Positions 27,708 to 36,966 of a DNA stretch of 64,000 nt are shown here, one piece after another. The position numbers and the translations under genes were made by a program. Position 1 is the first letter of the stretch, and the number at the start of each line of letters is the position of its first letter. The stretch covers positions 86,080 through 150,079 of the IMG/VR virus record IMGVR_UViG_3300028048_000063; one strand, written 5' to 3'. Source of the DNA: a virus. Lineage: Duplodnaviria > Caudoviricetes. The notes under the pieces are model-generated. The model was not told where the DNA came from, searched no databases, and worked only from the letters and a program-made list of their open reading frames with translations.

Positions 27708-30617
27708 ATGGCAGTAGTTCAAAATTTATATCAAGTTTATAAATTACCAGCTTCAATGTTGGTAAAAAATGACTGTAAGATAGACGATTACAGATTCTCC
27801 AAAGCTCTCAAAGAGGGCAATGTTGTTTCAATAGGAGATAATTTAGTCTTTCAACAGTTACGTTATATCCATGGCGATTATAGAAATCACACGGAGCTTT
27901 TTAATTATGTTACAAAATTAAGAAGTGTTATGCACAAATACAAAAAAGATGGCATGTTTAGAGAAGCTCGTGTTCTTAATCAAAGAATTTCAAAAGTATT
28001 ATTTGTACAAGACATAGTAAATGTTTATATTGATGGCAAAAAATCTGATTTCCACGCATTCAGAACTAAAGGTTTTGATTTAAATGGTATTCACTACGTA
28101 TATTTATGTAGTGGTAGCGGACAAATTCGTAGAAATACAGCTACATTTATTAATGAGAAATATAGAGACAGAGTCGTAAAAACATTAAACTGTGGATTAG
28201 ATGAAAAGACATCTGATTTTGTATTAGCTAAGTATAGTGCATATTTTGCACTAGCATTCTCTTCTATACTTTGGGTTAGAACACCTCGAGTTTGTGTCAT
28301 TAAGGATTTCTACAATACATTAAAACAAGAACCTGTAGATTTTATTTATCATGACGAAAATGATAGTGGAAAAGCTAAGATTGAAGAAAGAAAAATGGAC
28401 TTAGAATTAAACTGCGCCGATGGACAAGGATTAGTAGATCCAGAATTTGCTAAACTTTGGTCAGAGGATATGAAGCTAAAATATACACCTTGTTCTTTTG
28501 TTGTACGTTCTTGCTTCATTAAAGGTAATCTTGCAACATTTGATTTTAAAGCTTATGCTCATGAACACGGTATCACAACAATTAGAGACCGTTGGGGTAA
28601 GGTTTATAATATTGATGAAATAGACGTCCTTCTTTCCGAATCTCAATTTAAAACCTATAAGTATTATAGCAGTTGGCAAGAATACTGCGACTATACCACA
28701 AAAGGTAATATTCACTGGGGCGTAGCTCGTTATAATAAAATAGAAGATGAAGAATATGTTTTAGCAAATTATCAATACATTCAAGCATTATCTCTCGATA
28801 CAGAAGATATTCAAAAATTAATAGCTCCAACAGTAGAATGGATCAAACAAATTTGTTCTGGAGATCTTCTCTACGCCATGCTTTACGCATTTGGAACTAA
28901 ATCACAAAATGTTGAATATAATAATCTTTACGGATCTGCTAAAACAACAGCAATGCGTGCCTTAATAAAAAATGCTAATTTTTTAGACGATACTTATATC
29001 CAACAAAAACTCTATAAAAATATTACAGAGTCAATTAATCATGCAAAACTTGGTAAGATTTGGATCCGTGGTAATTATCAATTTATGGTCTCAGATCCTG
29101 TCGCACAATGTCAAGCCGCACTTGGACTTCCAGTCACAGGCGTCTTAAAACGTGACGAAGTATGGTCTGACTTCTGGACAAAACGTGAGGTCAAAAAACT
29201 CGACCTCTGCAGATCACCAATGATCGACGTCCACGAACACAATCCATGCACCGTTCATTACTCAGAAGAAGCTTCAAAATGGTTAAAGTATCTCACAAGT
29301 GGTATAGTATTCTCAATTTATGATACTTCAACATTTAGAGCTGAAGATGCAGACTTCGATGGTGATATAGTTCTATCAACAGATAACGAGTTTTTCCTTA
29401 AAGGAGCTCATAAAGATCATAATATCATTACATACGAGAAAGGTTTAGCAACCCCAGCAAAAATGACCGTAAATAACATAACTTCAACAGTTATGAAAGG
29501 ATTTGGTACAGGTGTTGGTGGATTCTCAAACACAGCAACAATTCTCTATGCAATGGCAGCAATCTTTAACAAACCAGGACATGAAGATCAATATAACGAG
29601 ATAATGACACGTATTAAACTTCTCCGTGAAATCGTGGGCCAAGAAATTGACCGTATTAAAGGCGCCGATAAACCATCACTCCCTCCAGAGTGGAAAAAAA
29701 TCGAAAAAATCGCCCCAAACGACTCACAAGACGAAGTCATACGCAAAATGCGCCGCAATGCGATGGTTGTATCTAAAAAACCATACTTCTTTAGATATCT
29801 CTATCCAGAGCTAAACGCACAATATAAACAATTTGAGTCATCATATAATCAAATTAGTCGTGACATGTTTGGTATAAAGTTTAAAAAACTTCTCATGAAG
29901 GAAAATAAAACCGAAGAAGAAAAAACTCTTATTCGTCGTTACCAAAAATATTCACCATTAATTACAGCACCTTGCACAATGAATAAACTCTGTAAAGAGT
30001 TTGAATCAATAGATTTCGATATAAAGTATGCACGTGATTTTTCTGGCGGGACAGGATCAAAAGATAAACACCCAGTTAAATCCATGCTTCCAACTTTTGA
30101 GTCGGAATTTGAACCAATATTTGATCAAACAAAACTAGATACAGTTCGTCAAATGTATCGCGGTTTTTCCGACAAAAAACAGATCAAACACCTATCAAAC
30201 ATACTCACTCAAAATCTTATTCAAGAGGATGAGTATCAAGAATATCGCTCAACAATCTATGACGAAATCCTCGAGCGCCTTAGACAACAAATGGTAGATG
30301 CGGACATATCCGATAAAGAGTTTTTATATTATTCTTATAAACTCTCTAAACTCTACGCCTCATTTAATTGGGGTTTTGTCTGGGAGGTTCTCGATGATCA
30401 TATCTTAACCTACATCCCTCAAGGACAAACATATTGCCCTGTTAAGGATCCAGATGGTGAATATTCATATCTCGGCAATACATATTCACTTAAAGACATA
30501 ACAAAATTTGATCTCTCAACAACAGAAGATACCGATTTTGATTACGAGATAGATTCTGATGAGTTTAACTTTACAACATTCGCCAACGGTTTTGACGAAG
30601 AAGAAGATTTTAATTAA
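27708..30617 (+). CDS. YonO-like single-subunit double-psi-barrel DNA-dependent RNA polymerase
   Basis: SGQIR, ADGQG, CRSP, catalytic DADFDGD, QEIDRIK, KKPYFFRY; SPbeta-like context. Confidence 0.88.
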   Translation: MAVVQNLYQVYKLPASMLVKNDCKIDDYRFSKALKEGNVVSIGDNLVFQQLRYIHGDYRNHTELFNYVTKLRSVMHKYKKDGMFREARVLNQRISKVLFVQDIVNVYIDGKKSDFHAFRTKGFDLNGIHYVYLCSGSGQIRRNTATFINEKYRDRVVKTLNCGLDEKTSDFVLAKYSAYFALAFSSILWVRTPRVCVIKDFYNTLKQEPVDFIYHDENDSGKAKIEERKMDLELNCADGQGLVDPEFAKLWSEDMKLKYTPCSFVVRSCFIKGNLATFDFKAYAHEHGITTIRDRWGKVYNIDEIDVLLSESQFKTYKYYSSWQEYCDYTTKGNIHWGVARYNKIEDEEYVLANYQYIQALSLDTEDIQKLIAPTVEWIKQICSGDLLYAMLYAFGTKSQNVEYNNLYGSAKTTAMRALIKNANFLDDTYIQQKLYKNITESINHAKLGKIWIRGNYQFMVSDPVAQCQAALGLPVTGVLKRDEVWSDFWTKREVKKLDLCRSPMIDVHEHNPCTVHYSEEASKWLKYLTSGIVFSIYDTSTFRAEDADFDGDIVLSTDNEFFLKGAHKDHNIITYEKGLATPAKMTVNNITSTVMKGFGTGVGGFSNTATILYAMAAIFNKPGHEDQYNEIMTRIKLLREIVGQEIDRIKGADKPSLPPEWKKIEKIAPNDSQDEVIRKMRRNAMVVSKKPYFFRYLYPELNAQYKQFESSYNQISRDMFGIKFKKLLMKENKTEEEKTLIRRYQKYSPLITAPCTMNKLCKEFESIDFDIKYARDFSGGTGSKDKHPVKSMLPTFESEFEPIFDQTKLDTVRQMYRGFSDKKQIKHLSNILTQNLIQEDEYQEYRSTIYDEILERLRQQMVDADISDKEFLYYSYKLSKLYASFNWGFVWEVLDDHILTYIPQGQTYCPVKDPDGEYSYLGNTYSLKDITKFDLSTTEDTDFDYEIDSDEFNFTTFANGFDEEEDFN

Positions 30618-30638
30618 AAAAAGGAGAAAAAGTAGAAA

Positions 30639-31400
30639 ATGGACACAAAAGACAATAAAAAACTAAACGCTCCACAAAAGGAGTTCCTAGAATTACAAAC
30701 AAAAGAGTTACAGACAATTTATGAGGCTTATAAGGAAATAGTCTCTTCTGATGAATTTGCTGCACAGCAAACCCCAGAGGCTCAAACTGCCTATATAAAA
30801 GAAGTTCTCGCCCAAAAACTTTCCTCTTCATTCTCCTTCACACCAGCCGTTGCTGAACGTATTGCCACACATATTCTTGACCTCTTCCCACAAGTTCAAG
30901 ATATAGAGACACAGTATATCATAAACACAGATACAGACATAGATGCAAACACGGCGACACAACCAGCCACGCCGACAATCTTTATCACACTTAAAGATTA
31001 CGAGAGATTTATAGAAAAGATCCAGTTAGCAAACACTCCTCCAACAGAGCAGTTGAAGTCACTTCTCTTTTCATTCATGGTTTTCTATCGTGATAACTAT
31101 CATCCAACAGGATGGGTTCGCTATGATCGTAAAAATATATTCTATCTCGCCGGACTTTCATCCCTCTCTACACAAAAACAAGAGAAACTTGTAAATAAAC
31201 TTCACGATCATTTTGGTCTTGATATGCGCGTAGTGGGATCTAATCAACCAATTCCTTGTTTTAAGATTAATTGGCTTTATGATCAAGACGATGTTTCAAC
31301 TCCAAAAAATCCACTTCTCTCTTTCGGTCCGTTTACACCTAAAAATCTTAAACAAATAATAACAAAGGCTAATAATACAATGGAGGATATACAACAATAA
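30639..31400 (+). CDS. Hypothetical protein
   Basis: 253 aa with AAGGAG SD. Confidence 0.7.
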   Translation: MDTKDNKKLNAPQKEFLELQTKELQTIYEAYKEIVSSDEFAAQQTPEAQTAYIKEVLAQKLSSSFSFTPAVAERIATHILDLFPQVQDIETQYIINTDTDIDANTATQPATPTIFITLKDYERFIEKIQLANTPPTEQLKSLLFSFMVFYRDNYHPTGWVRYDRKNIFYLAGLSSLSTQKQEKLVNKLHDHFGLDMRVVGSNQPIPCFKINWLYDQDDVSTPKNPLLSFGPFTPKNLKQIITKANNTMEDIQQ

Positions 31401-32011
31401 TGCTAAATAAGATTAAAAATTTATTTTCAAAACTTAGACAACGCCGTCTAGCTCGCAATACCGCAATAATTCTCTACGGAATTTTTGAGAAAAAAGATCC
31501 AGATTTTTCTGGTCCTTCAACACCTCACCCATCTCCAATAGAATTAATGCAACACTATACCCCAGTAACAATTGCTCCAACACGAGAAGATGCAATGAAA
31601 GTTATAGATAAACTTATCTATTTTAATCATTTTGATCATTTTGCCCTCTGGTGCGATTCTCATGGTTATACAGATACTTGTGCATGGATATATCCATCTT
31701 GGACACAATATAAACGCGACGTCCTCACTCTCGACACAATAAAAACAGAAAGCGAGAAATATTCCGCCTTTGCACTCACATATTCACGTAAGGATATATC
31801 TAGTATTATACGTATGTTTTCACACTGCGAGCCACTTCTTCTTCCTTATGAGAAAGACATTGAACTACAAGCTTATCTTAATCGTACCCCAATTCTTTCA
31901 GGGCATCTCGCTTCAATAATTGCCGCAGATACAGTGGACGGTGCTAAAATAAAAAATGCTATTACACAAATTCAAAAAATCACCGAAACACAACCCTCAG
32001 AAAAAATTTAG
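31400..32011 (+). CDS. Hypothetical protein
   Basis: 203 aa, TAATG coupling, GGAGG SD. Confidence 0.7.
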   Translation: MLNKIKNLFSKLRQRRLARNTAIILYGIFEKKDPDFSGPSTPHPSPIELMQHYTPVTIAPTREDAMKVIDKLIYFNHFDHFALWCDSHGYTDTCAWIYPSWTQYKRDVLTLDTIKTESEKYSAFALTYSRKDISSIIRMFSHCEPLLLPYEKDIELQAYLNRTPILSGHLASIIAADTVDGAKIKNAITQIQKITETQPSEKI

Positions 32012-32030
32012 AAGAAAATTAAAAATTTAG

Positions 32031-32059
32031 TTGACGATTGTTTTATTATCCAGTATAAT
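32031..32059 (+). promoter_or_regulatory. sigmaA-type promoter (TATCCAG class)
   Basis: TTGACG-17-TATAAT with TATCCAG directly before the -10. Confidence 0.75.
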
Positions 32060-32150
32060 ATACACAGATAACATGAAATAGTTATCGCCAATAAACCAAA
32101 ACTAAACCTAAAAAATAAAAATATATACAAAAAAGGAGACATAGACAGAT

Positions 32151-33800
32151 ATGGATACACAAGGAACAGTAAACGCATACGAATACGATCAAGCACAACA
32201 ACTCGATGAAATCATTTCCGAGGAGACAAAAACACCTCATACAGATTTCTTAACCGCAATGGCACGAGTTGCTGCCTTAAAGCGTACAGAAAACGGTGCT
32301 CCAGCATTATCCACATCTCTCTCTGCACTCTTAGATTTATTCGGAGAGATAGGTGCTCTCCGCTGTCGCTCAGAAGCAGATATTATTAGTCTCTTCCTCG
32401 CAGCATACGGCGAAGATAAAAACCTCGCTCTCAAAACACTCTTCTACGCAAGGGATATCCGTGGTTCTCAAGGTCTCGGTGAACGCCGCACTTTCCGTGT
32501 AATTCTCCGCTACCTCGCACTCAACCACCCAGATGACATAGCTCACCTCATTCCTCTAATTCCATTCTTTGGACGCTGGGATGATCTCTTTGTCCTCCTC
32601 GATACCCCTCTAGAAGATACAACTCTCGACTTGATCGCGGAGCAGTTTGAATCAGACCTCCAAAATCTCAATTCAAATCACCTCCAAAATATATCACTTT
32701 TAGCAAAGTGGTTGCCATCCGTGAATGCTTCCTCCAAGGCAACACGTGATACCGCAAAACACCTCCTAAAAAAAGGCTTACATCTTTCACAAAAAGACTA
32801 TCGCCATAAACTTTCTGCTCTTCGAGCTGCTCTCCGCGTGATAGAAAAACAAATGTCATCAAATAACTGGTCCGATATTAACTACGAATCAGTTCCATCA
32901 TACGCAGCACTTCGTTATAAACTAGCGTTCGCTCGTCATGACCAAGAACGTTATGAAGCTTATCTCGAAGCACTAATGCATGGCGAAGCAAAGATCCACG
33001 CAGATACCCTCTATCCTTATGATATCGTTCGTGATCTTTTTAGTGAGTCTTTCTGGAGTACAAACTTCACCGAAGATGCTATACAACTCGCCACAGCACA
33101 ACAACTTTGGAATGCACTTCCAAATTACCTCGCCGACACACCTAACGCCGATCAACGTTATCTCGTCATGGCAGATACCTCCGGCTCAATGTTTGACCGC
33201 GTTGGATCTATCTATAGATCTACATCTCTCGCCGTATATTTCGCCGAACGTACAACAGGGTACTTTGCAAATACATTCCTAACGTTTACCGACAAACCAA
33301 AACTCGTTAAACTATCTCCGGAACTTTCTCTTAAAGAGAAACTCCAAATAGTCCTTAACCCAGATTATGTCGGTTACTCAACAAACCTCGACCGCGCTTT
33401 CGCAACAGTCCTTGCCGCTGCCGTCGCTGCTAAAGTTCCTCAATCCGAACTTCCAACAGCTATCCTCGTAATCTCTGATATGGAAATCGACCAAGCCGTA
33501 GATTTCTACGATCACGCCGACAACCAGACCGAACAAGACGTGGATCCACGCTCGGCAACTTTCACAGAACGTTGGACACAAAAATTTGCAGAAGCAGGTT
33601 ATACCCTTCCAAATATCGTCTACTGGAACGTAAATGCACGTAACAATACATTCCACGCAACAGAAACAGATAACGTTCGCTTTGTCTCTGGTTCTTCCGC
33701 TGCAACTTTTACAACTCTCTGTAAAACAAACGGAGCAACCCCAACCGAAACAATGCTTGCAACTATCCTTGACGATAGATATAGAGATATACATATCTAG
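32151..33800 (+). CDS. DUF2828-type TROVE-like plus vWA domain protein (Ro60-like architecture)
   Basis: RTENGA, ARDIRG-GLGER, GRWDDL, AKWLPS; MIDAS DTSGSM, STNL, ISDME, YWNV. Confidence 0.85.
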   Translation: MDTQGTVNAYEYDQAQQLDEIISEETKTPHTDFLTAMARVAALKRTENGAPALSTSLSALLDLFGEIGALRCRSEADIISLFLAAYGEDKNLALKTLFYARDIRGSQGLGERRTFRVILRYLALNHPDDIAHLIPLIPFFGRWDDLFVLLDTPLEDTTLDLIAEQFESDLQNLNSNHLQNISLLAKWLPSVNASSKATRDTAKHLLKKGLHLSQKDYRHKLSALRAALRVIEKQMSSNNWSDINYESVPSYAALRYKLAFARHDQERYEAYLEALMHGEAKIHADTLYPYDIVRDLFSESFWSTNFTEDAIQLATAQQLWNALPNYLADTPNADQRYLVMADTSGSMFDRVGSIYRSTSLAVYFAERTTGYFANTFLTFTDKPKLVKLSPELSLKEKLQIVLNPDYVGYSTNLDRAFATVLAAAVAAKVPQSELPTAILVISDMEIDQAVDFYDHADNQTEQDVDPRSATFTERWTQKFAEAGYTLPNIVYWNVNARNNTFHATETDNVRFVSGSSAATFTTLCKTNGATPTETMLATILDDRYRDIHI

Positions 33801-33807
33801 AAAACGA

Positions 33808-33869
33808 TCGACGCATACAGCAGCTATTTAAAAGGAAGATCATTTTTAATAACTATAATACCGCGTCGA
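33808..33869 (+). ncRNA. Small stem-closed RNA-like unit 1 (Y-RNA-like candidate)
   Basis: TCGACGC/GCGTCGA terminal stem, ATACAGCA, AAGATCATTTTTA. Confidence 0.5.
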
Positions 33870-33881
33870 GATATATAAAGA

Positions 33882-33955
33882 AAGGCACACACAGCAATAT
33901 GATGTTAAAAGATCACTTTTAGAACCGCAATTTCTAATTCCCTCCATCGTGCCTT
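33882..33955 (+). ncRNA. Small stem-closed RNA-like unit 2 (Y-RNA-like candidate)
   Basis: AAGGCAC/GTGCCTT terminal stem, ACACAGCA, AAGATCACTTTTA. Confidence 0.5.
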
Positions 33956-33961
33956 GTTAAA

Positions 33962-33991
33962 ACTCCCTCACTTCGGTGGGGGTGTTTTTTT
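33962..33991 (+). terminator. Intrinsic terminator
   Basis: ACTCCCTCAC-TTCG-GTGGGGGTGT followed by a T tract. Confidence 0.8.
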
Positions 33992-34340
33992 ATACCCGCT
34001 TAGGTATAATTATATATATCTATATATGTGCGTATACCTGTACGGGTATATTTTTATATATATGTATCTGCATATATCTATATAGATCTGCATATAAACA
34101 GGCAATATATATGCATATGTCTACCTATATGTATATAGGGATATATATAAATACCCCCACCCCCTTTTTACCTGGAAAAGTAGATATTTGGATATAGAGA
34201 GAGGGACACGGATAGATAGAAAGATATAGGTCGGGTTCGATGGACAACGTCATACTATATATTTTAATTTTATTTTTTATTTTAAAAATGTAAATTACAT
34301 ATTTACATATATTTTATTTTGTTTAAGCGGAGGTAGCAAC
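33992..34340. other. AT-rich low-complexity junction (candidate genome end or replication origin)
   Basis: Many (TA)n runs and short palindromes, no credible ORF, C/G strand bias flips here. Confidence 0.4.
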
Positions 34341-34378
34341 CATGGCTATCTACTATCATTTAAAAATAGGTGATTTTT

Positions 34379-34819
34379 ATGTTTAATATGTTAAAAAAAC
34401 CTTATTATTTTGATTTAGACGGGGTTCTAGCGGATTTCAACGGCGAGATAAACGCCGTCGAGAGATTTGAACAAGAAAAAGATTTCTTTTTCAATCTCAA
34501 ACCAATAAAAAAGAATCTTGACGAAGTCAAAAAATTGATCAACAATAATAATATAGTTTATATTATTACAGCAAGTCCTAATGCAAGATGTGATAATGAT
34601 AAAGTTCATTGGCTCAGGAAATATCTTCCTGAAATCCAAAGAAAGAACATTATCATTCTCCGCAACGGACAAAGCAAAGTCAAATTCATGAGGAGCCGAC
34701 ATGGCATCCTTATGGATGACTACAGCAAAAATTGCCGCGAATGGATTACAAAACGTGGCAATACTAGTTGTAAAATAACTATTGAATTTGATGTTCAATA
34801 TTATTTAAAGCAACTTTAA
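34379..34819 (+). CDS. HAD-family 5'(3')-deoxyribonucleotidase-like protein
   Basis: FDLDGVLADF, ITAS, K-WL, LMDDY motifs; ATG at 34379 behind AGGTGA. Confidence 0.85.
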   Translation: MFNMLKKPYYFDLDGVLADFNGEINAVERFEQEKDFFFNLKPIKKNLDEVKKLINNNNIVYIITASPNARCDNDKVHWLRKYLPEIQRKNIIILRNGQSKVKFMRSRHGILMDDYSKNCREWITKRGNTSCKITIEFDVQYYLKQL

Positions 34820-34853
34820 AAGAGTGGTGGTGCAATTGCATCACCCTACTTTT

Positions 34854-36935
34854 ATGCCCACATAGGACACGTCCCTACGTGAAAGTCGTAGACGTGTGGG
34901 TGGATATAAGCGTAAGCTGAACCAACGTCCAAGTCGCGGTATTCCCGCGGTGTATACAAGCACGTATACACAAAGCGGGGTGCGATTACTGCGGCGTAGC
35001 ATAGCTTTTGCTGTGCGACTCCGGCGGAGTATAAACAGCCAACCCGGCAGGGTAAAATGTGGGGTAAGCGTCACCCCGAGAGCGCGCCGAACAGGTGTCG
35101 TTAGTTATGACGATACTGTAGTAGGACAATACCGCACTCTTCAACGACCTGTCTGGATCGATAGCCTAAGGGTTATTGTGAAAGATGGACTCACGAAAGC
35201 TAGTCTCCGGACTAGAGGAGTAGGAGTGTGAAAATAACTGTCGTCACGCGACTTATCATCGTTGTGACACGTCCTGGATAAGGGCCATAGGGATTGGCGA
35301 GATCTCTTGGGTTATCTATTCTATATATCAAATTCGTGTCGATATATAGACGTCATGTGCTAAAAGGCGATTGGCGAAAAGAATAGCGGCTATGCATTGG
35401 TCGTAAGGAGGAGTGAAAAAGAGACCCGAGACAGCGGTATCCAAAGTAACTCGGTCGCAACGCAGACAGTAGGGAAGGTAACAACCCTGTACAAGCTGAT
35501 AAGCGTCTTAGAATAGCGGCTGCATGAAAAGTGCGATGTAACGAGCAACCCCTTGATAAGGGGAGAGCAGGGAATAAGTGCTAGTGATCTAGATAGGTAA
35601 CTATCTGGATTGCATTACAGCCGAACTCTACTCTGCTTCCAAATCTGGTGGCGACACCAGTGAGTAGAAGTCTGTGTTACGCTCCTGAATAACGGGGAGG
35701 ATGGGACGATCTCCATCCGTATTACGAGTATCTCTCGGAGTACAATTCCTACACACCCAGAGCTGTCCTTGGTATGGGGGTGATGGGTAGGATCCCGGCA
35801 ACAGAACACAAAGGCAAACCCTGGAAGGCCAACGTTCCAGGTTATTGTCCGAATTAAATAACGAGTGGTGCAGCAGCAATGCACCAAAAGAAGAATGCGA
35901 CTGACTGTTTATCGGTTTGCAGGACGCTTTTGGCAAAAAAAGAGCACCCCGTGTAGGATGATTATAATGTCTATACCAAACGGTATGTCGGTGCAAGCTG
36001 ATGTATACGAGGAGATCGATAGACTAAAGGGGATTTCCACTAGAAGCCAAGCTCACCATGGCGCACAGGAGATTAGACCAGACTTGGGGAGGATAGATAC
36101 CCCGAGGCAACGTGTATCGCTACACGGAGCCCATCAACATATATGAGAATATATGTAACAGCGTATAATTTATTATATGTGAGCAGTAATGTGAGTGGAT
36201 GGGTGTTTAAATAACCGAATAAGTCACGCAGAGTAGGTATTAGGTACAAAAGAATGATAACCGATAGGTCTCAAAAGACAATAAGGTTTGATTCACCTAA
36301 TAGTGAACGGTGAGCGAAACGGCAGCGAGTAAGCTACTATATACAACAGCTTATATTGGTATCCCTAGTTTTCTAGGTGGTGCCGTATAGACGGGCGTAT
36401 TAAAGTGTAATCCGTAAGGATTGCTGTAGTAAGGTTATATAAGACTTTATGTCGAGATGTAACTGTAGCGTCCTCCGACCGCGGAGGAAGGGCGATAAGC
36501 CTAAAAGGGAAGCTTTGTCTAAGGATAGTTTATATATAAGGGTATGTCATACTCATCGAGTGCGCCGCAGTAATGTGGTAGTATCAACAACTATAGGTAA
36601 CTATAGCGGGGAGTATGAACTATCTGGACAAATGACGTGACCAACCAGCTGAATAGGTTAGGTGAGCCCCCTGGAGGGGCGGAAGAGACAAGAGCGAGTG
36701 AGTTAAGCAAGAAGTAGTGTAAAGTAGCGCTTGATGTTCGTCGTAACATCTTAACTAGGAGTGGCCGAGTAACTTCCTAGAGTGCAAAATATACTATGGA
36801 TTGCCGACTATAGGATCTCGTAACTCCAGACGCCTACATACCGTTCGTATGTATACTGCAATCGCAGGAGAGTTTGTGAATGATTGTTTAATGTGGCCAT
36901 GGACGGTGACAAGCCCGTGTAAACACAGAGTCAAA
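34854..36935 (+). ncRNA. Very large structured non-coding RNA region (candidate circularly permuted group II-like ribozyme or novel ornate RNA)
   Basis: About 2.1 kb without an SD-led ORF, GC-enriched, many hairpins with GNRA loops and G-U pairs that fit the + strand, long-range complementarities. Confidence 0.75.
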
Positions 36936-36966
36936 CAAAAAACTAAAACAAAAAAAGGAGAAAAAA

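Noticed and set aside
33808-33955. CRISPR mini-array
   Set aside because: Only two units, stems differ in sequence, no identical repeats and no cas genes in the window
33976-34197. 73-aa Tyr/Ile-rich ORF
   Set aside because: Translation of (TA)n low-complexity DNA starting inside a terminator
36015-36535. Group I intron P7-like pair (AGACTA near 36021; TAGTTT near 36526)
   Set aside because: No P/Q core elements identified, no interrupted host gene, and the 3' strand has an alternative partner at 35029-35036
34980-36935. Canonical (non-permuted) group II intron or retroelement
   Set aside because: No D5/D6 at the 3' end, no RT ORF, and both flanking genes look intact
34854-36935. rRNA, tmRNA or RNase P RNA
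   Set aside because: I could not find their universal signature sequences
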